A stretch of DNA of 64,000 nt from Alphaproteobacteria bacterium. Its GTDB lineage: Bacteria; Pseudomonadota; Alphaproteobacteria; UBA11222. Within the stretch, counting starts at the first letter, position 1; every line of letters begins with the position of its first letter. Location: assembly GCA_009693835.1 (NCBI GenBank), contig SHWM01000002.1, positions 420-64,419 on the forward strand, in the 5' to 3' direction. Both the position numbers and the translations under genes were made by a program. Below the pieces are notes generated by a model. That model ran no database searches, was not told where the DNA came from, and worked only from the letters and a program-made list of their open reading frames with translations. Of the stretch, positions 21,111 to 33,894 are shown in pieces.

Positions 21111-21438
21111 AAATACTGAAAATCCCCGTAATACCGAGTATCGCCTGTTTGCAGAAATCACACGCGATCTGCTGGAGGCGCAGCAGCGCGGCATGGTAGA
21201 CGGCAAACTGGTGGAGGCCGTCGACCGGAACCGCAAATTATGGATTGCGTTAGGGACGGATTGCGCCAGCGATGATAACCTCCTGCCAAAAGAGACCCGT
21301 GCGGCCATTGTTTCGCTTAGCATCTGGGTGCAGAAATATTCCCGTGAAGTGACCCGCAAGGGTGAAGACATTGCGGCCCTGATCGATGTGAACAGAAACA
21401 TCATGAAGGGGCTAAATCCCAACGCGACTGCCGTCTAG
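21079..21438 (+). CDS. flaF: flagellar biosynthesis regulator FlaF
   Basis: FlaF family (MSLNAYQRT..., RNRKLW). It overlaps the flbT 3' end by ~32 nt in another frame. The track start at 21058 lies upstream; ATG 21079 is the likely start. Confidence 0.65.
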   Translation: MSLNAYQRTLKNTENPRNTEYRLFAEITRDLLEAQQRGMVDGKLVEAVDRNRKLWIALGTDCASDDNLLPKETRAAIVSLSIWVQKYSREVTRKGEDIAALIDVNRNIMKGLNPNATAV

Positions 21439-21600
21439 CAGACGCCAAACGTCCCCGATGGCCCTGATTTTTGGGGGCGGGACGCATTCTTCTTTCGTTC
21501 AGCCATATAAACCATGTTGTGATCAGGTTGAAACATGCTTGGTTATCCTGCTTATCGTTGATCTCCTCTCGCCGCGCAGGCGCTGGCGCAGCGGGCCCTG

Positions 21601-21708
21601 CCCCTCCCCCTTTCCACTCGCCTGGGCGAAGCTGAAGCTTCGCTTCGGCGTAGCCTGGAGGGGAGGGAACCCTGTGGCGAATTCCGCCTCCCCCTGAAAG
21701 GGGGCGGG
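21601..21708. repeat. REP-like palindromes of the CCCCTCCCCC...GGGGAGGG family
   Basis: cccctccccc ... ggaggggaggg encloses an internal gcgaagc-tgaa-gcttcgc palindrome, followed by cgcctccccc-tgaaa-gggggcgg. ORF 21458..21697 is probably spurious. Confidence 0.55.
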
Positions 21709-21992
21709 CGGGTGGGGATCCGATTCAACCCGGTCACAAACTGCTCTAGATCGCCTGACAGCCGCGGACAGGGGGGAATCTGCCCATCTGGCACCCGTTA
21801 AAATGGCTCAATGGCGGGCGACGGGACGGCAAAAAATTCCCGGTACAGAAAAAACTGCCGGGGCGGATTTGCCGTCCATTGTTTTGTATGGGGCCTGTTC
21901 ATCTTTGTTAGGCTTAATCCCGGTTAACCAATTGGTAAAAATCGTAATATTGAACATAAGTTGCCGGGTAGGCAGTTTTTAGCGGGCACTAA

Positions 21993-22008
21993 TGGCACGG
22001 TCGTTGCG
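21993..22008 (+). promoter_or_regulatory. sigma-54 (-24/-12) promoter for the plus-strand flagellin gene
   Basis: TGGCAC-ggtcg-TTGC about 70 nt upstream of the ATG at 22080. Confidence 0.65.
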
Positions 22009-22079
22009 CATCTCCAGGCAGGCCAGCAAGGCCAGGCAGCAAAATGCTGCCGATCAATCCGGAATGGAGAGTAACAAGC

Positions 22080-22907
22080 ATGACGACGATTCATACTAAT
22101 GCCGGCGCATTGGTCGCCTAACAGACCCTGCGCAATGTCGGCATCGAGCTGGACAAAGTCTCCAAACAAATCCAGACCGGTTACAAGGTAGCGGACGCCA
22201 AGGACGACGCTTCGACCTTTGCGGTGGCGCAGGGCCTGCGCGCCGGTGTGGCTTCGCTGGGCGCTGTGCAGCAGAGCCTTAGCGGCGCGGTCGGTCTGGC
22301 GGAAGTGGGCCTTGCGGGCGCCACGGCGGTGTCCAACCTGTTCTCGGAAATCAAGTCCAAGCTGACCCAGTTGGCGGACAACTCGATCACGGCGACACAG
22401 CGCACGACCTATACCACCGACCTTAAGGGTTTGACCACACAGACCAAAAATTTGATCACACAGGCCAAGTTCAACGGCACCAATCTGTTGGACAACACCG
22501 CTGCGATCAGCTTCATTGCCGACACGGTAGGCACGCAGATCAGCGTGACGGGCGTGCAGGTCTTCACCTCGGCGTCAACCTTCAACGCCTCGATTGGCGC
22601 CAGTGTGACGGCGACCCTTGCGCGTACCTTCCTGAATTCCAGCAGCAATACGCTGGATCTGTTTGTCGCCGCCACCAACAATGCATTAAGCGGTATCGCG
22701 GGCGATCTTCGCGCCATCGAATCGCAAAACAGTTTCGTCAAGTCGATTTCAGATGCCACGGAAAAAGGTCTTGGCGCCCTTGTCGACGCGGATCTCGCCA
22801 AAGCCAGCAGCAAGCTGCAGGCTCTGCAGGCCCAGTAGCAGCTCGCCACGCAGGCGATCACCATCGCCAACCAGGCGCCGTCAGTTCTGCTGGCGCTGTT
22901 CCGCTAA
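22080..22907 (+). pseudogene. flagellin (Caulobacter FljK-like) with two in-frame nonsense codons
   Basis: Reading from ATG 22080 gives MTTIHTNAGALVA-TAA-QTLRNV..., with the stop at the conserved Leu of the ALxALQxL motif (TTA to TAA). It continues to ...DLAKASSKLQALQAQ-TAG-QLATQAITIANQAPSVLLALFR-TAA, with TAG at a conserved Gln (CAG to TAG). Track ORF 22224..22838 is the internal fragment. Confidence 0.7.
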
Positions 22908-22932
22908 CAGACACCTGGTACGGATCAAATAC

Positions 22933-22964
22933 GGGGCAGGCTTTCAGCCTGTCCCACTTTTATC
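22933..22964 (+). terminator. rho-independent terminator after the plus-strand flagellin gene
   Basis: ggggcagg-ctttcag-cctgtccc followed by acttttat. Confidence 0.65.
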
Positions 22965-23080
22965 CGGGATCGGCATTTTTATTTATCGTCCGTTGGCTTT
23001 GATCTCTCTGTAATTTTCAGATCGAATGCCGTTAGACATTTATTAACCATAGGGGCCAGGCCATTGGAGCGAAATCCGCG

Positions 23081-25957
23081 TTACCTGGATTGGCCTGCCT
23101 TGCGGCGCAGCCTGGTTTGCGGAATGGCGGGCGTGACGATCCGTTTCAGGAATTGCCCGGTATAGCTTTCTTCCACGCCTGCGATTTCGGCCGGTGTTCC
23201 TTCGGCGACAATGCGCCCGCCGCCATCGCCGCCCTCGGGGCCAAGGTCAATGATCCAGTCGGCGGTCTTAATGACTTCAAGATTATGCTCGATCACCACC
23301 ATGGTGTTTCCGGTGTCGACCAGTTCCTGCAGAACCTCGAGCAGTTTCTTCACATCCTCGAAATGCAATCCTGTCGTCGGTTCATCGAGAATGTACAAGG
23401 TGCGGCCGGTGGCGCGGCGCGCCAGCTCCTTGGCCAGTTTGACCCGCTGGGCCTCGCCGCCGGACAGGGTTGTCGCCTGTTGCCCGACCTTGATATAGCC
23501 CAGCCCGACGCGTTGCAGCGTGACCAGTTTGTCCCGGATGGAGGGCACAGCCTTGAAAAAATCCGCCGCCGCGTCAACCGTCATATCCAGAACATCGGCG
23601 ATGCTTTTGTCACGGAAGGTGATTTCCAGTGTCTCCCGGTTATAGCGCCGCCCCATGCAGACATCGCATGACACATAGACATCGGGCAGAAAATGCATTT
23701 CGATCTTGATCACGCCGTCGCCCTGACAGGCCTCGCAGCGCCCTCCCTTGACGTTGAAGGAAAATCGTCCGGCTTTGTAACCCCGGGTGTTAGCTTCCGG
23801 CAGCCCGGCAAACCAGTCCCGAATGGGGGAAAAGGCCCCCGTATAGGTGGCGGGGTTGGAGCGCGGCGTGCGGCCAATCGGCGATTGATCGATATCGATG
23901 ACCTTGTCGAGCAGTTCCAGCCCGTCGATGCGCCTGTGCGCGCCGGCCAGTTCTCGCGCCCCATTCAGCTTGCGCGCCGCCGCCTTGTAGAGGGTTTCGA
24001 TAATGAGGGTGGATTTGCCGCCGCCGGACACACCCGTCACGCAGGTAAACGTGCCCAGCGGAATATGCGCATCGACATTTTTCAGATTATTCTCGCTGGC
24101 GCCAATGATGCTTAGCATGCGTTTTGGATGCACGGGCCTGGGTGTGTCAGGCACCGGAATTTTCCGCGTCCCGGTCAGATACTGGCCGGTCAGGCTGCGG
24201 GGATTGTCCATAATATCCTGAGGCGCACCCTGCGCCACGATATGGCCGCCCAGCACGCCGGCGCCCGGCCCCATATCCACCACATAATCGGCGCTGCGGA
24301 TGGCTTCGTCGTCATGTTCCACCACAATGACCGTGTTGCCGAGATCGCGCAGATTTTTCAGAGTCACCAGCAGGCGCTCATTGTCGCGCTGGTGCAGGCC
24401 GATCGAGGGTTCGTCCAGGACATACAGCACGCCGGTCAATCCGGAGCCAATCTGCGACGCAAGCCGGATGCGTTGCGATTCACCGCCGGACAGGGTGCCC
24501 GAGTTGCGCGCGAGGGTCAGATATTCAAGGCCGACATCGTTAAGAAAACCTAATCTTTCGCGAATTTCCTTCAATATGCGCGAGGCGATTTCCTGCTGTT
24601 GTGAGGTCAGCGTCGCAGGCAGGGCGTCAAACCATTGCTTGGCCTGACGGATCGACATTTCCGAAACCTGCGCGATATGCAGGCGATCCAGCTTTACCGC
24701 CAGCGCCTCGGGTTTCAGACGGTTTCCGGAACACACTTCGCAGGCGGTGATGCGCTGATATTTCTCCACTTCCTCGCGGGTCCAGCTGCTGTCGGTTTCG
24801 CGGTAGCGGCGCTCCAGATTGGTGATCACGCCCTCGAAGGGCTTGCTGATCTGGTATTTCCTTTCGCCATCGACATAGGACATGCGGATAATATCCTCGC
24901 CGGAGCCATACAGGATGGTGTCCCGCGGCACCCTGGGAATTTCCTTCCAGGGCAGGGTGGTAGAGAATTTGAAATGCCGGGCCAGGCTATCCAGCGTCTG
25001 ATTATAATAGGCGGTCGAGGAACGCGCCCACGGCCCCACGGCCCCGCCGCGCAAACTCAAGGAATCATCAGGGATAACCAGATCGGGATCGATCACCATT
25101 TCGGTGCCCAGCCCGTCGCAGGCCGGGCAGGCGCCAAAGGGATTGTTAAACGAAAATAAACGCGGTTCGATCTCGGCAATGGTGAAACCCGAGACCGGGC
25201 AGGCGAATTTGGCGGAAAATAGAATGCGCTCGCCCTCTTTATCCGCCATTTCGGCGACAGCTATGCCGTCGCCAATCGCCAGCGCGGTTTCAAAACTGTC
25301 GGCCAGGCGGCTCTGCAGGTCCGGGCGGATCACGATGCGGTCCACCACCACGTCGATATCATGCTTGGTTTTCTTATTTAATTCCGGAACCGCATCGATT
25401 TCATGATAGGTGCCATCCACTTTGACACGCTGAAACCCGCGCTTCATCAGATCGGCCATTTCCTTGCGATATTCGCCCTTGCGTCCGCGCACCAGCGGGG
25501 CCAGCAGAAACAGGCGCGTGCCTTCGGGCAGGGCGGTCAGCTTGTCCACCATCTGACTGACGGTCTGGCTTTCGATGGGCAGCCCGGTGGCGGGAGAATA
25601 GGGCACGCCCACCCGCGCGAACAGCAGGCGCATATAATCATAGATTTCGGTGACGGTGCCGACCGTGGAACGCGGATTGCGCGAGGTGGTTTTCTGTTCG
25701 ATGGAGATGGCTGGGCTCAACCCTTCGATATGATCGACATCCGGCTTCTGCATCATTTCCAGGAATTGCCGGGCATAGGCGGACAGGCTTTCGACATAGC
25801 GCCGCTGACCCTCGGCATAGATGGTGTCGAACGCCAGCGAGCTTTTGCCCGACCCGGACAGGCCGGTAATGACGATCAGCGAATCCCGGGGCAGGTCCAC
25901 ATCAATATTCGCCAGATTATGTTCGCGCGCGCCCCGGACGGAGATGAATTTGTGCAT
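23081..25957 (-). CDS. uvrA: excinuclease ABC subunit A
   Basis: Two ABC ATPase modules ([29 protein letters not shown] signatures) and zinc-finger cysteines. Start is ATG at 25957 ([15 protein letters not shown]); 958 aa. Confidence 0.95.
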   Translation of the reverse strand: MHKFISVRGAREHNLANIDVDLPRDSLIVITGLSGSGKSSLAFDTIYAEGQRRYVESLSAYARQFLEMMQKPDVDHIEGLSPAISIEQKTTSRNPRSTVGTVTEIYDYMRLLFARVGVPYSPATGLPIESQTVSQMVDKLTALPEGTRLFLLAPLVRGRKGEYRKEMADLMKRGFQRVKVDGTYHEIDAVPELNKKTKHDIDVVVDRIVIRPDLQSRLADSFETALAIGDGIAVAEMADKEGERILFSAKFACPVSGFTIAEIEPRLFSFNNPFGACPACDGLGTEMVIDPDLVIPDDSLSLRGGAVGPWARSSTAYYNQTLDSLARHFKFSTTLPWKEIPRVPRDTILYGSGEDIIRMSYVDGERKYQISKPFEGVITNLERRYRETDSSWTREEVEKYQRITACEVCSGNRLKPEALAVKLDRLHIAQVSEMSIRQAKQWFDALPATLTSQQQEIASRILKEIRERLGFLNDVGLEYLTLARNSGTLSGGESQRIRLASQIGSGLTGVLYVLDEPSIGLHQRDNERLLVTLKNLRDLGNTVIVVEHDDEAIRSADYVVDMGPGAGVLGGHIVAQGAPQDIMDNPRSLTGQYLTGTRKIPVPDTPRPVHPKRMLSIIGASENNLKNVDAHIPLGTFTCVTGVSGGGKSTLIIETLYKAAARKLNGARELAGAHRRIDGLELLDKVIDIDQSPIGRTPRSNPATYTGAFSPIRDWFAGLPEANTRGYKAGRFSFNVKGGRCEACQGDGVIKIEMHFLPDVYVSCDVCMGRRYNRETLEITFRDKSIADVLDMTVDAAADFFKAVPSIRDKLVTLQRVGLGYIKVGQQATTLSGGEAQRVKLAKELARRATGRTLYILDEPTTGLHFEDVKKLLEVLQELVDTGNTMVVIEHNLEVIKTADWIIDLGPEGGDGGGRIVAEGTPAEIAGVEESYTGQFLKRIVTPAIPQTRLRRKAGQSR

Positions 25958-26050
25958 GAGGAAAGAAATAACCTGATGAGGAGTGAGTCGTGACGAACAT
26001 AATATGAACATCTGTCCGATCGCGCCATCTTATCATATCGGGCGGCTGTC

Positions 26051-26065
26051 TGGCACATGGATTGC
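26051..26065 (+). promoter_or_regulatory. sigma-54 (-24/-12) promoter upstream of the SLT-domain gene
   Basis: TGGCAC-atgga-TTGC about 28 nt before an AAGGAGAA RBS and the ATG at 26093. Confidence 0.55.
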
Positions 26066-26092
26066 TAACACAGGGGGGACAAGGAGAATCCT

Positions 26093-26974
26093 ATGCCATA
26101 TCCGTTAGCCACTCTGGACCCCACAAAATTTTCGGGTATTTCCAGAGCTTTACAGCAGGCGAGTGTCGAAACCGGAACCGGTTTCGACCATCTGGTCAAT
26201 ACCGCCATGCGTGAAAGCGCCTTGAATTCACAGGCAAAAGCAGGCACCAGCAGCGCCTCGGGCATGTTCCAGTTCATTGAACAGACATGGCTGGGAATGG
26301 TCAAGCAGCATGGGGCTGAACATGGCCTTGCGGCGCAGGCGAAGGGCATTTTCAAGGATTCGAGCGGCCGGTACATTGTGCCGGATCCCGCCCAGAGGAA
26401 GGAAATTCTTGCCCTGCGCCGCAACACCGAGGTTTCGGCGCTGATGGCCGGGGAATTGACCAATGACAACCACATCGTGCTGGAAAAGAAGTTGGACAGG
26501 AGCGTCAACAGCGGCGAGCTATATGCCGCCCATGTATTGGGCGCCTCCGGCGCCGCAAAATTAATTACGGCAGCGGAACAAAACCCGTCGGCCAATGCCG
26601 CACATATGTTTCCAGCAGCGGCACGGGCCAATAAAGGAATTTTCTTTGAAAATGGGCATGCGCGCAGTGTGGCCGAGGTGGAGCGGTTCCTGACCAGCAA
26701 GTCGAAGGCGCCCGCCGTGGACATGCTGTACGCGGCCAATTCTCCTCCGGATGCCTACACGCCCGGCTCGGGGGCGGGGCTGCCGCCACTACCATCCAGC
26801 ACGGGTGGCTTCCGCTATTCTGGTAACAGCCTGGCCGGGTTGGGACATAATTCCCAGACGCTTACGTCAGAGGTGATCGCCATCATGGCGTCACTGGATA
26901 TGCCAGGCGTTAAAAGCTCCGATGACAGCCGGAAATACAGAGACGAATCAAACCCGTTCGGCCTGACGGGATAA
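26093..26974 (+). CDS. lytic transglycosylase (SLT) domain protein, possibly flagellum-associated
   Basis: SLT motifs (RESALN, SSASGMFQFIEQTW, LYAAHVLGASGA). It sits behind a sigma-54-type promoter, like the class III/IV flagellar genes at this locus. Confidence 0.5.
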   Translation: MPYPLATLDPTKFSGISRALQQASVETGTGFDHLVNTAMRESALNSQAKAGTSSASGMFQFIEQTWLGMVKQHGAEHGLAAQAKGIFKDSSGRYIVPDPAQRKEILALRRNTEVSALMAGELTNDNHIVLEKKLDRSVNSGELYAAHVLGASGAAKLITAAEQNPSANAAHMFPAAARANKGIFFENGHARSVAEVERFLTSKSKAPAVDMLYAANSPPDAYTPGSGAGLPPLPSSTGGFRYSGNSLAGLGHNSQTLTSEVIAIMASLDMPGVKSSDDSRKYRDESNPFGLTG

Positions 26975-27187
26975 TGTTCGCCGGATAAATTGGAACAAGT
27001 TCAGACTGTAATTCCGGAAACTTCCGCTCTTAATAGCGCCAGCATGCTTGCGGGGAAGCCTCTTCCTAAAATATACTTGATTGGCGAAGACGCGCCGCGC
27101 CCTGGCGCGTCTGAATGAATGAACGGCTTCGCCGCGTGTGATGGACACATGGAAGATAGCCGCAACCAACAATCAAGGGAGAGGAAG

Positions 27188-29023
<1,836 letters not shown>

Positions 29024-29057
29024 GAAGAGCGATCTGAACCGGGCCAAATACAAATAA

Positions 29058-29091
29058 ACCGCCCCATGGAATTGTGGGGCGGTTTATTTGC
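29058..29091 (+). terminator. rho-independent terminator after the first BVMO gene
   Basis: aaccgcccca-tggaattg-tggggcggtt followed by tatttg. Confidence 0.7.
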
Positions 29092-29267
29092 GCGTCAGAG
29101 ACGGGCGGCGTTCACGTTGAATGTAGGCTTGCTGCAATGGTATCGCCTGATCTATGCTCCGGGGCGCGTCCAGCTATCGGGGGCGGCTGAATTTATAAAT
29201 GGCTGCAGCACGCTGGGCAACAGCGCAGAAGACAGCCTGAAAACTGTAACCATGGGAGTCAGGTGTC

Positions 29268-31097
29268 ATGAGCGAACAAAGCACTGGTTCGGCATTAAAG
29301 TCCACAGGGGAACTCGGGTTTGATCCTCAGGCGCTGCGGGATAAGTACCGTTATGAGCGCGACAGGCGCGTACGTCCCGACGGCAAAGCCCAATATCGGG
29401 AAATCTCGGATAAGTTTGCCCATTTCATCGATGATCCCTATGTCGATCCGGGATTTACCAGAGAGCCGCTGTTCGATGAGGTCGATACGCTGATAATCGG
29501 GGGTGGCTTCGGCGGGCTGCTGGCTGGCGTGCGCTTGCGCGAAGCCGGAGTAAAAAGCCTGCGGATAATTGAAAAAGGCGGCGATTTTGGCGGCACCTGG
29601 TACTGGAACCGTTATCCGGGAGCGGCCTGCGATATTGAATCCTATATCTACCTGCCGCTGCTTGAAGAAATGAACTTCATGCCAAAGGAAAAATACACCC
29701 ACGCGCCAGAGATCCTGTCCTACTGCAAGCAGATCGGCCTGAAGTATAATCTTTACGAAAATGCCTGCTTTCAGACAGATGTGACCGGGATGGAGTGGGA
29801 CGAGAGCGACTCCCGATGGATCATCACCACAAATCGCGGCGACCGGATGAAGGCCCGTTTTGTAGCCATGTCAAATGGTCCGCTGAACAAGCCAAAGTTG
29901 CCAGGCATCGAGGGCATCGAGAAATTCAAGGGCCATACCTTCCACACCAGCCGTTGGGATTACGGTTACACGGGCGGCGATTCCACGGGTAATCTGACTG
30001 GTCTCAACGACAAGCGCGTGGCGATCATCGGCACCGGCGCTACCGCCATCCAGTGCGTTTCGCATCTTGGCGCGGCGGCAAAGCAGCTGTACGTGTTCCA
30101 GCGCACCCCGTCCTCGGTTGACGTGCGCGCCAATCGTCCCACCGATACGGAATGGGCAAAGAGCCTGCAACCGGGCTGGCAGAAACGCCGCATCGACAAC
30201 TTCAATATCATTATCGCGGGCGGGCATCAGGACGAGGATATGGTCGGTGATGGCTGGACCGATATTTTCCGCAATCTGCTCGGGATGCTGGCTTCGCAGC
30301 AGGAATCAAAAACATCTCCGAAAGAATATGCGGTGATGAGTGAAATGGCTGACTTCAAGAAAATGGAAGAGGTGCGCGCGCGCGCCGCAACCATCGTGAA
30401 AGACCAGGCAACGGCAGAGGCTCTCAAACCCTACTATAGGCAGTTCTGCAAGCGGCCGACCTTTGATGACAAATATCTGCAAACCTACAACCGCCCCAAC
30501 GTTACACTTGTGGACACGGGCGGCAAGGGCGTGGATCGCATGACCGAGAAAGGCGTCGTGGCAGTCGGCAAGGAGTATGAAGTCGATTGCGTGATTTTCG
30601 CCACCGGCTTTGAAGTGGGATCCAGTTACACCAGCAGGTCCGGTTACGACATCGTGGGCCGGGGCGGGGTGAGGCTGGCGGAGAAATGGGCCAACGGGCT
30701 TTCCACTTTCCATGGCTTTTACACCCATGGCTTCCCGAACTGTTTCTTCATGGGCTTTACCCAGACAGGCTTTCCGCCAAACTTTACGCACATGCTGAAC
30801 GAGCAGGCCCAGCATGTCGCATATGTCATCAAGCAGGCCATGGGCCACAATGCCAGAAGCATTGAACCGACGCAGGAGGCCGAGGATAGCTGGGTAGGCA
30901 TAATGAAGAGCAAGGCGCGGCTGGGCGACCGGTTTTATGCGGAATGCACACCGGGCTATTACAACGACGAGGGACGGCCGGGTGAGACCGGCAACGGCTT
31001 CCTCGCTGGCCAATATGGCGGCGGCCCGGAGGAGTTTTACGGTATCGTTGATGCATGGCGCCAGGAAGGCGGGATGAAGGGGCTGGAAATATCCTAA
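29268..31097 (+). CDS. Baeyer-Villiger monooxygenase (tandem paralog)
   Basis: Same motifs as 27188..29023 ([18 protein letters not shown]); colinear and highly similar. Confidence 0.85.
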   Translation: MSEQSTGSALKSTGELGFDPQALRDKYRYERDRRVRPDGKAQYREISDKFAHFIDDPYVDPGFTREPLFDEVDTLIIGGGFGGLLAGVRLREAGVKSLRIIEKGGDFGGTWYWNRYPGAACDIESYIYLPLLEEMNFMPKEKYTHAPEILSYCKQIGLKYNLYENACFQTDVTGMEWDESDSRWIITTNRGDRMKARFVAMSNGPLNKPKLPGIEGIEKFKGHTFHTSRWDYGYTGGDSTGNLTGLNDKRVAIIGTGATAIQCVSHLGAAAKQLYVFQRTPSSVDVRANRPTDTEWAKSLQPGWQKRRIDNFNIIIAGGHQDEDMVGDGWTDIFRNLLGMLASQQESKTSPKEYAVMSEMADFKKMEEVRARAATIVKDQATAEALKPYYRQFCKRPTFDDKYLQTYNRPNVTLVDTGGKGVDRMTEKGVVAVGKEYEVDCVIFATGFEVGSSYTSRSGYDIVGRGGVRLAEKWANGLSTFHGFYTHGFPNCFFMGFTQTGFPPNFTHMLNEQAQHVAYVIKQAMGHNARSIEPTQEAEDSWVGIMKSKARLGDRFYAECTPGYYNDEGRPGETGNGFLAGQYGGGPEEFYGIVDAWRQEGGMKGLEIS

Positions 31098-31121
31098 GAC
31101 GCTGTAGGCAGGCTTATCTGA

Positions 31122-31160
31122 TAAAAGGGGGAAAAGGGTAATGCCTTTTCCCCCTTTTAT
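31122..31160. terminator. bidirectional rho-independent terminator between the BVMO (+) and amidase (-) genes
   Basis: aaaagggggaaaagg-gtaatg-ccttttccccc-ttttat. Confidence 0.7.
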
Positions 31161-31163
31161 GTA

Positions 31164-32624
31164 TCATCCATACCCTGGCGGCGGGATATAGGCGCCCGCC
31201 ACCTCGCGCAACAGTCCGGCAACCCGGATTGTAGTCAGATCGCCATAATAGGGGCCAACCACCTGCACCCCGACCGGCAGCCCTGACGGGGTCCGCCCAA
31301 CAGGCGCAGCGGTCGATGGCAGGAGGGCCATGCCGATAAGCCCCGCCCAGAAAATCTGCTCCATGTAGGAGAAGGGCTTTCCATTCACCGTGATTTGCCG
31401 CGCTCTCTGATTGGGGCTCTGGTCATGCGGAATGGCCGCTGTCGGCGTGATGGGGCACAGCAGCACATCATAGTTCCTGAAAAATTCTGTCCATCGCGCC
31501 CGCATATGGTTGCGGGTTTCATTGGCGGAGAGCCATTGCCGATGGCTCATGGTGGTGCCAATGGCCGAGTTGGCGGCAAAACCTGTATCCTTGCCATCCA
31601 CCTGTTTTGCGTCTTCCAGGAATCTGGCCAGCACATGTTCGGGGAAGCCGGTCGCCATGACCGACATCAATAGACGCACAAAGGTGGCGAACGCGCGGCG
31701 CGGATCAATATCCGGGCGCGCCTTATCGTCAATGATGGCCCCGGCTTTGGCGAGCGAATCCAGCAGGGCCTGCAGTTGATCGCCTACAGTCCGGTCAACG
31801 GGGCATATAGGATCATCGATCCAGGCGGCGATGCGCAGGCCCCGGAGCGGTTTTCCGGAGGTGGCAGGCAACCCGGTCGGGCGCGCCAGCCCCATCAGGG
31901 GGTCGGGTCCGGCCAGGATGTTGACCGACATCTCCAGATCCTCAGACGAGCGAGCGATCGGCCCGAAAACCCCGATATCGGTTTCCGACATGCTTCCCGG
32001 CGGCCCTGGAATATGGCCCCGCCCGGGGACGAGGCCCCAGCTTGGTTTATGCCCATAGACACCGCAAAACCCGGAGGGCGTTCGTATGGAGCCGCCAATA
32101 TCACTGCCCAGCTCCAGGCCACACAGCCCGGCCGCCACCGCTGCCGCGGCGCCGCCTGACGACCCGCCCGGCGTGCGCGACAAGTCCCAGGGATTGTTGG
32201 TTGTTCCGTACACCGCGTTATAGCTTTGCAGGTCACCGGTATAGAGAGGCACATTGGTCCGCCCGAAAATCACCGCGCCCGCATCCACCAGCCGCTGCAC
32301 GGCCACGGCGTTATAGGGGGAGCGGTGGTTGCGCAACTCCGGCGCGCCGCTGGTCGTCAGCATGCCCGTGACCTCAAAGGAATCCTTGATGGTCATCGGC
32401 AGGCCATGCAGCGGACCCCATGATTGCCCGGCGGCCAGCGCCTTGTCGGCCTCTTTGGCCCGGGCCATGGCTGCGTCTGCATCCATATACACAATGGCGT
32501 TCAGCGCAGGATTAAGCCGCGCCACCCGATCCAGATAAAGCTGCAGCAGTTCCACACTGCTGATCTTGCGTTCCCGCAGCATGGCGGTAAGCTCGGTTGC
32601 CGGGCGTTGGGCAATGTCGCTCAT
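31164..32624 (-). CDS. amidase (amidase-signature family)
   Basis: GGSSGG AS signature (TPGGSSGGAAAAVAAG) and the Ser-cisSer-Lys context; 486 aa. Confidence 0.85.
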   Translation of the reverse strand: MSDIAQRPATELTAMLRERKISSVELLQLYLDRVARLNPALNAIVYMDADAAMARAKEADKALAAGQSWGPLHGLPMTIKDSFEVTGMLTTSGAPELRNHRSPYNAVAVQRLVDAGAVIFGRTNVPLYTGDLQSYNAVYGTTNNPWDLSRTPGGSSGGAAAAVAAGLCGLELGSDIGGSIRTPSGFCGVYGHKPSWGLVPGRGHIPGPPGSMSETDIGVFGPIARSSEDLEMSVNILAGPDPLMGLARPTGLPATSGKPLRGLRIAAWIDDPICPVDRTVGDQLQALLDSLAKAGAIIDDKARPDIDPRRAFATFVRLLMSVMATGFPEHVLARFLEDAKQVDGKDTGFAANSAIGTTMSHRQWLSANETRNHMRARWTEFFRNYDVLLCPITPTAAIPHDQSPNQRARQITVNGKPFSYMEQIFWAGLIGMALLPSTAAPVGRTPSGLPVGVQVVGPYYGDLTTIRVAGLLREVAGAYIPPPGYG

Positions 32625-32657
32625 GTGATTTCTCCATTTATAAAGTTGGGTGAAACC

Positions 32658-33845
32658 TTATTCACCTTCCGGTTTCTGAGACCATGCCAGTATAAGCTCA
32701 GCCAGCCGGTCATAGTCACCATCAAAATGATGCCCGCCAGGCAGGGATACGGCCTGCACGTGCCCGGCAGGCATTCTGGGACAGAAGGAATCCTCTTCAT
32801 CCTCGCCATACACGCAGAGCGGGGATTCTGCGCCAAGTTTAACCATTTCAGGCAGGAGGGGTATCCCTTCATCGCCGTCCTCAAAACAGTTGCCGAGATG
32901 AAATTCGAAGGAAGCCTTATCGTGGAGCCCCATCAGCACAGTCTGTCCAACCAGACTGCGGGTTTCTGGCGGAAGGCGGTTGAGGGCGAAGGCTAATACA
33001 TTGGCCCCCTGCGAATAGCCGATCAATATCACTCGCGATCTTTTCCAGAGATCGGCATAATATTTGAGAACGCGATCGAGATCGGAAGACAAACCCTCTG
33101 GTGTGCGTGCGGTCCAGAAATAACGTAAGGAGTCGAAACCCGCCACCGGCACCCCCTTCTCGGTTAGGGCAGCGGCTTGCTCTATTTCGCTTGCGCCGGG
33201 TTTGTGGGCCGTGACGGCAGGGCGTAAGAGCTGCCGCAACGCCAGTATGAACGTCAGCAGGCCAACCGCCACCGTTGCCCGCAGTGCGCGGGACGCATGG
33301 CCATCGAATTCAAACTGCCACCACAGTTCATGCACATACTCGACATCGCGATAAACAAAGAAGATCAGACCAATGATCACGGTCAGAATGCCAAGAATGG
33401 CGATCAGCCATCCGCTCGTGAAAGGCTGGGCTAGTAACGACGCTTTACGTGTAAATTGCTTGCGAGACAGGGCAAGGACCGTGGCGAGCAAGGCGAGGAC
33501 GGCGGCTTCCGTCACCGCGAAGCCTTTTGGAAAGGCCAGCACGATGCTCAGAGAGGTAAGCAGCAGGCCGGCCCACCATGCCGCATCAAGACGCAGCAGC
33601 ATGCCGCGCGCCACAAACAGCAGGCCCAGACCCGCAACACTGCCAAGAAAATGTGACGCTTCCACCAACGGTAATGGGAAATATTCCTGAAGAAGCAGCT
33701 CCGTTGCTTCCGGGGTGGCCGGTGTGGCGCCGGATATCAGCGGCATGACACCCGCCACGAGGGTCACCGCCGTGAGCAGTAATGGGGCCAGGCTTGTGAC
33801 CGCCCGGGTCACCGGGGCGACGACACCGGCACGCGCTTCATGCAC
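32658..33845 (-). CDS. membrane protein with C-terminal VirJ/AcvB-like alpha/beta-hydrolase domain (3' portion of a split MprF-TM/VirJ gene)
   Basis: The first ~200 aa are hydrophobic helices. The C-terminus (GYSQGANVLAFALNRLP...) resembles the VirJ domain. Starts at GTG. The upstream ORF 33895..34467 is one nucleotide out of frame. Confidence 0.45.
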   Translation of the reverse strand: MHEARAGVVAPVTRAVTSLAPLLLTAVTLVAGVMPLISGATPATPEATELLLQEYFPLPLVEASHFLGSVAGLGLLFVARGMLLRLDAAWWAGLLLTSLSIVLAFPKGFAVTEAAVLALLATVLALSRKQFTRKASLLAQPFTSGWLIAILGILTVIIGLIFFVYRDVEYVHELWWQFEFDGHASRALRATVAVGLLTFILALRQLLRPAVTAHKPGASEIEQAAALTEKGVPVAGFDSLRYFWTARTPEGLSSDLDRVLKYYADLWKRSRVILIGYSQGANVLAFALNRLPPETRSLVGQTVLMGLHDKASFEFHLGNCFEDGDEGIPLLPEMVKLGAESPLCVYGEDEEDSFCPRMPAGHVQAVSLPGGHHFDGDYDRLAELILAWSQKPEGE

Positions 33846-33894
33846 GAGCAGAAGAAACGGTGCTCACGGCCATCCCGGCAGATCGCAACAATGA

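Noticed and set aside
22080-22907. Possibility that TAA/TAG in the flagellin are read as sense codons (genetic-code reassignment or programmed readthrough)
   Set aside because: dnaG, rpoD, uvrA, carA, the trp genes and the others all have long uninterrupted ORFs ending in ordinary TAA/TAG/TGA stops, so there is no genome-wide recoding. Two different stop codons at two sites plus a frameshift in the paralog fit pseudogenisation better.
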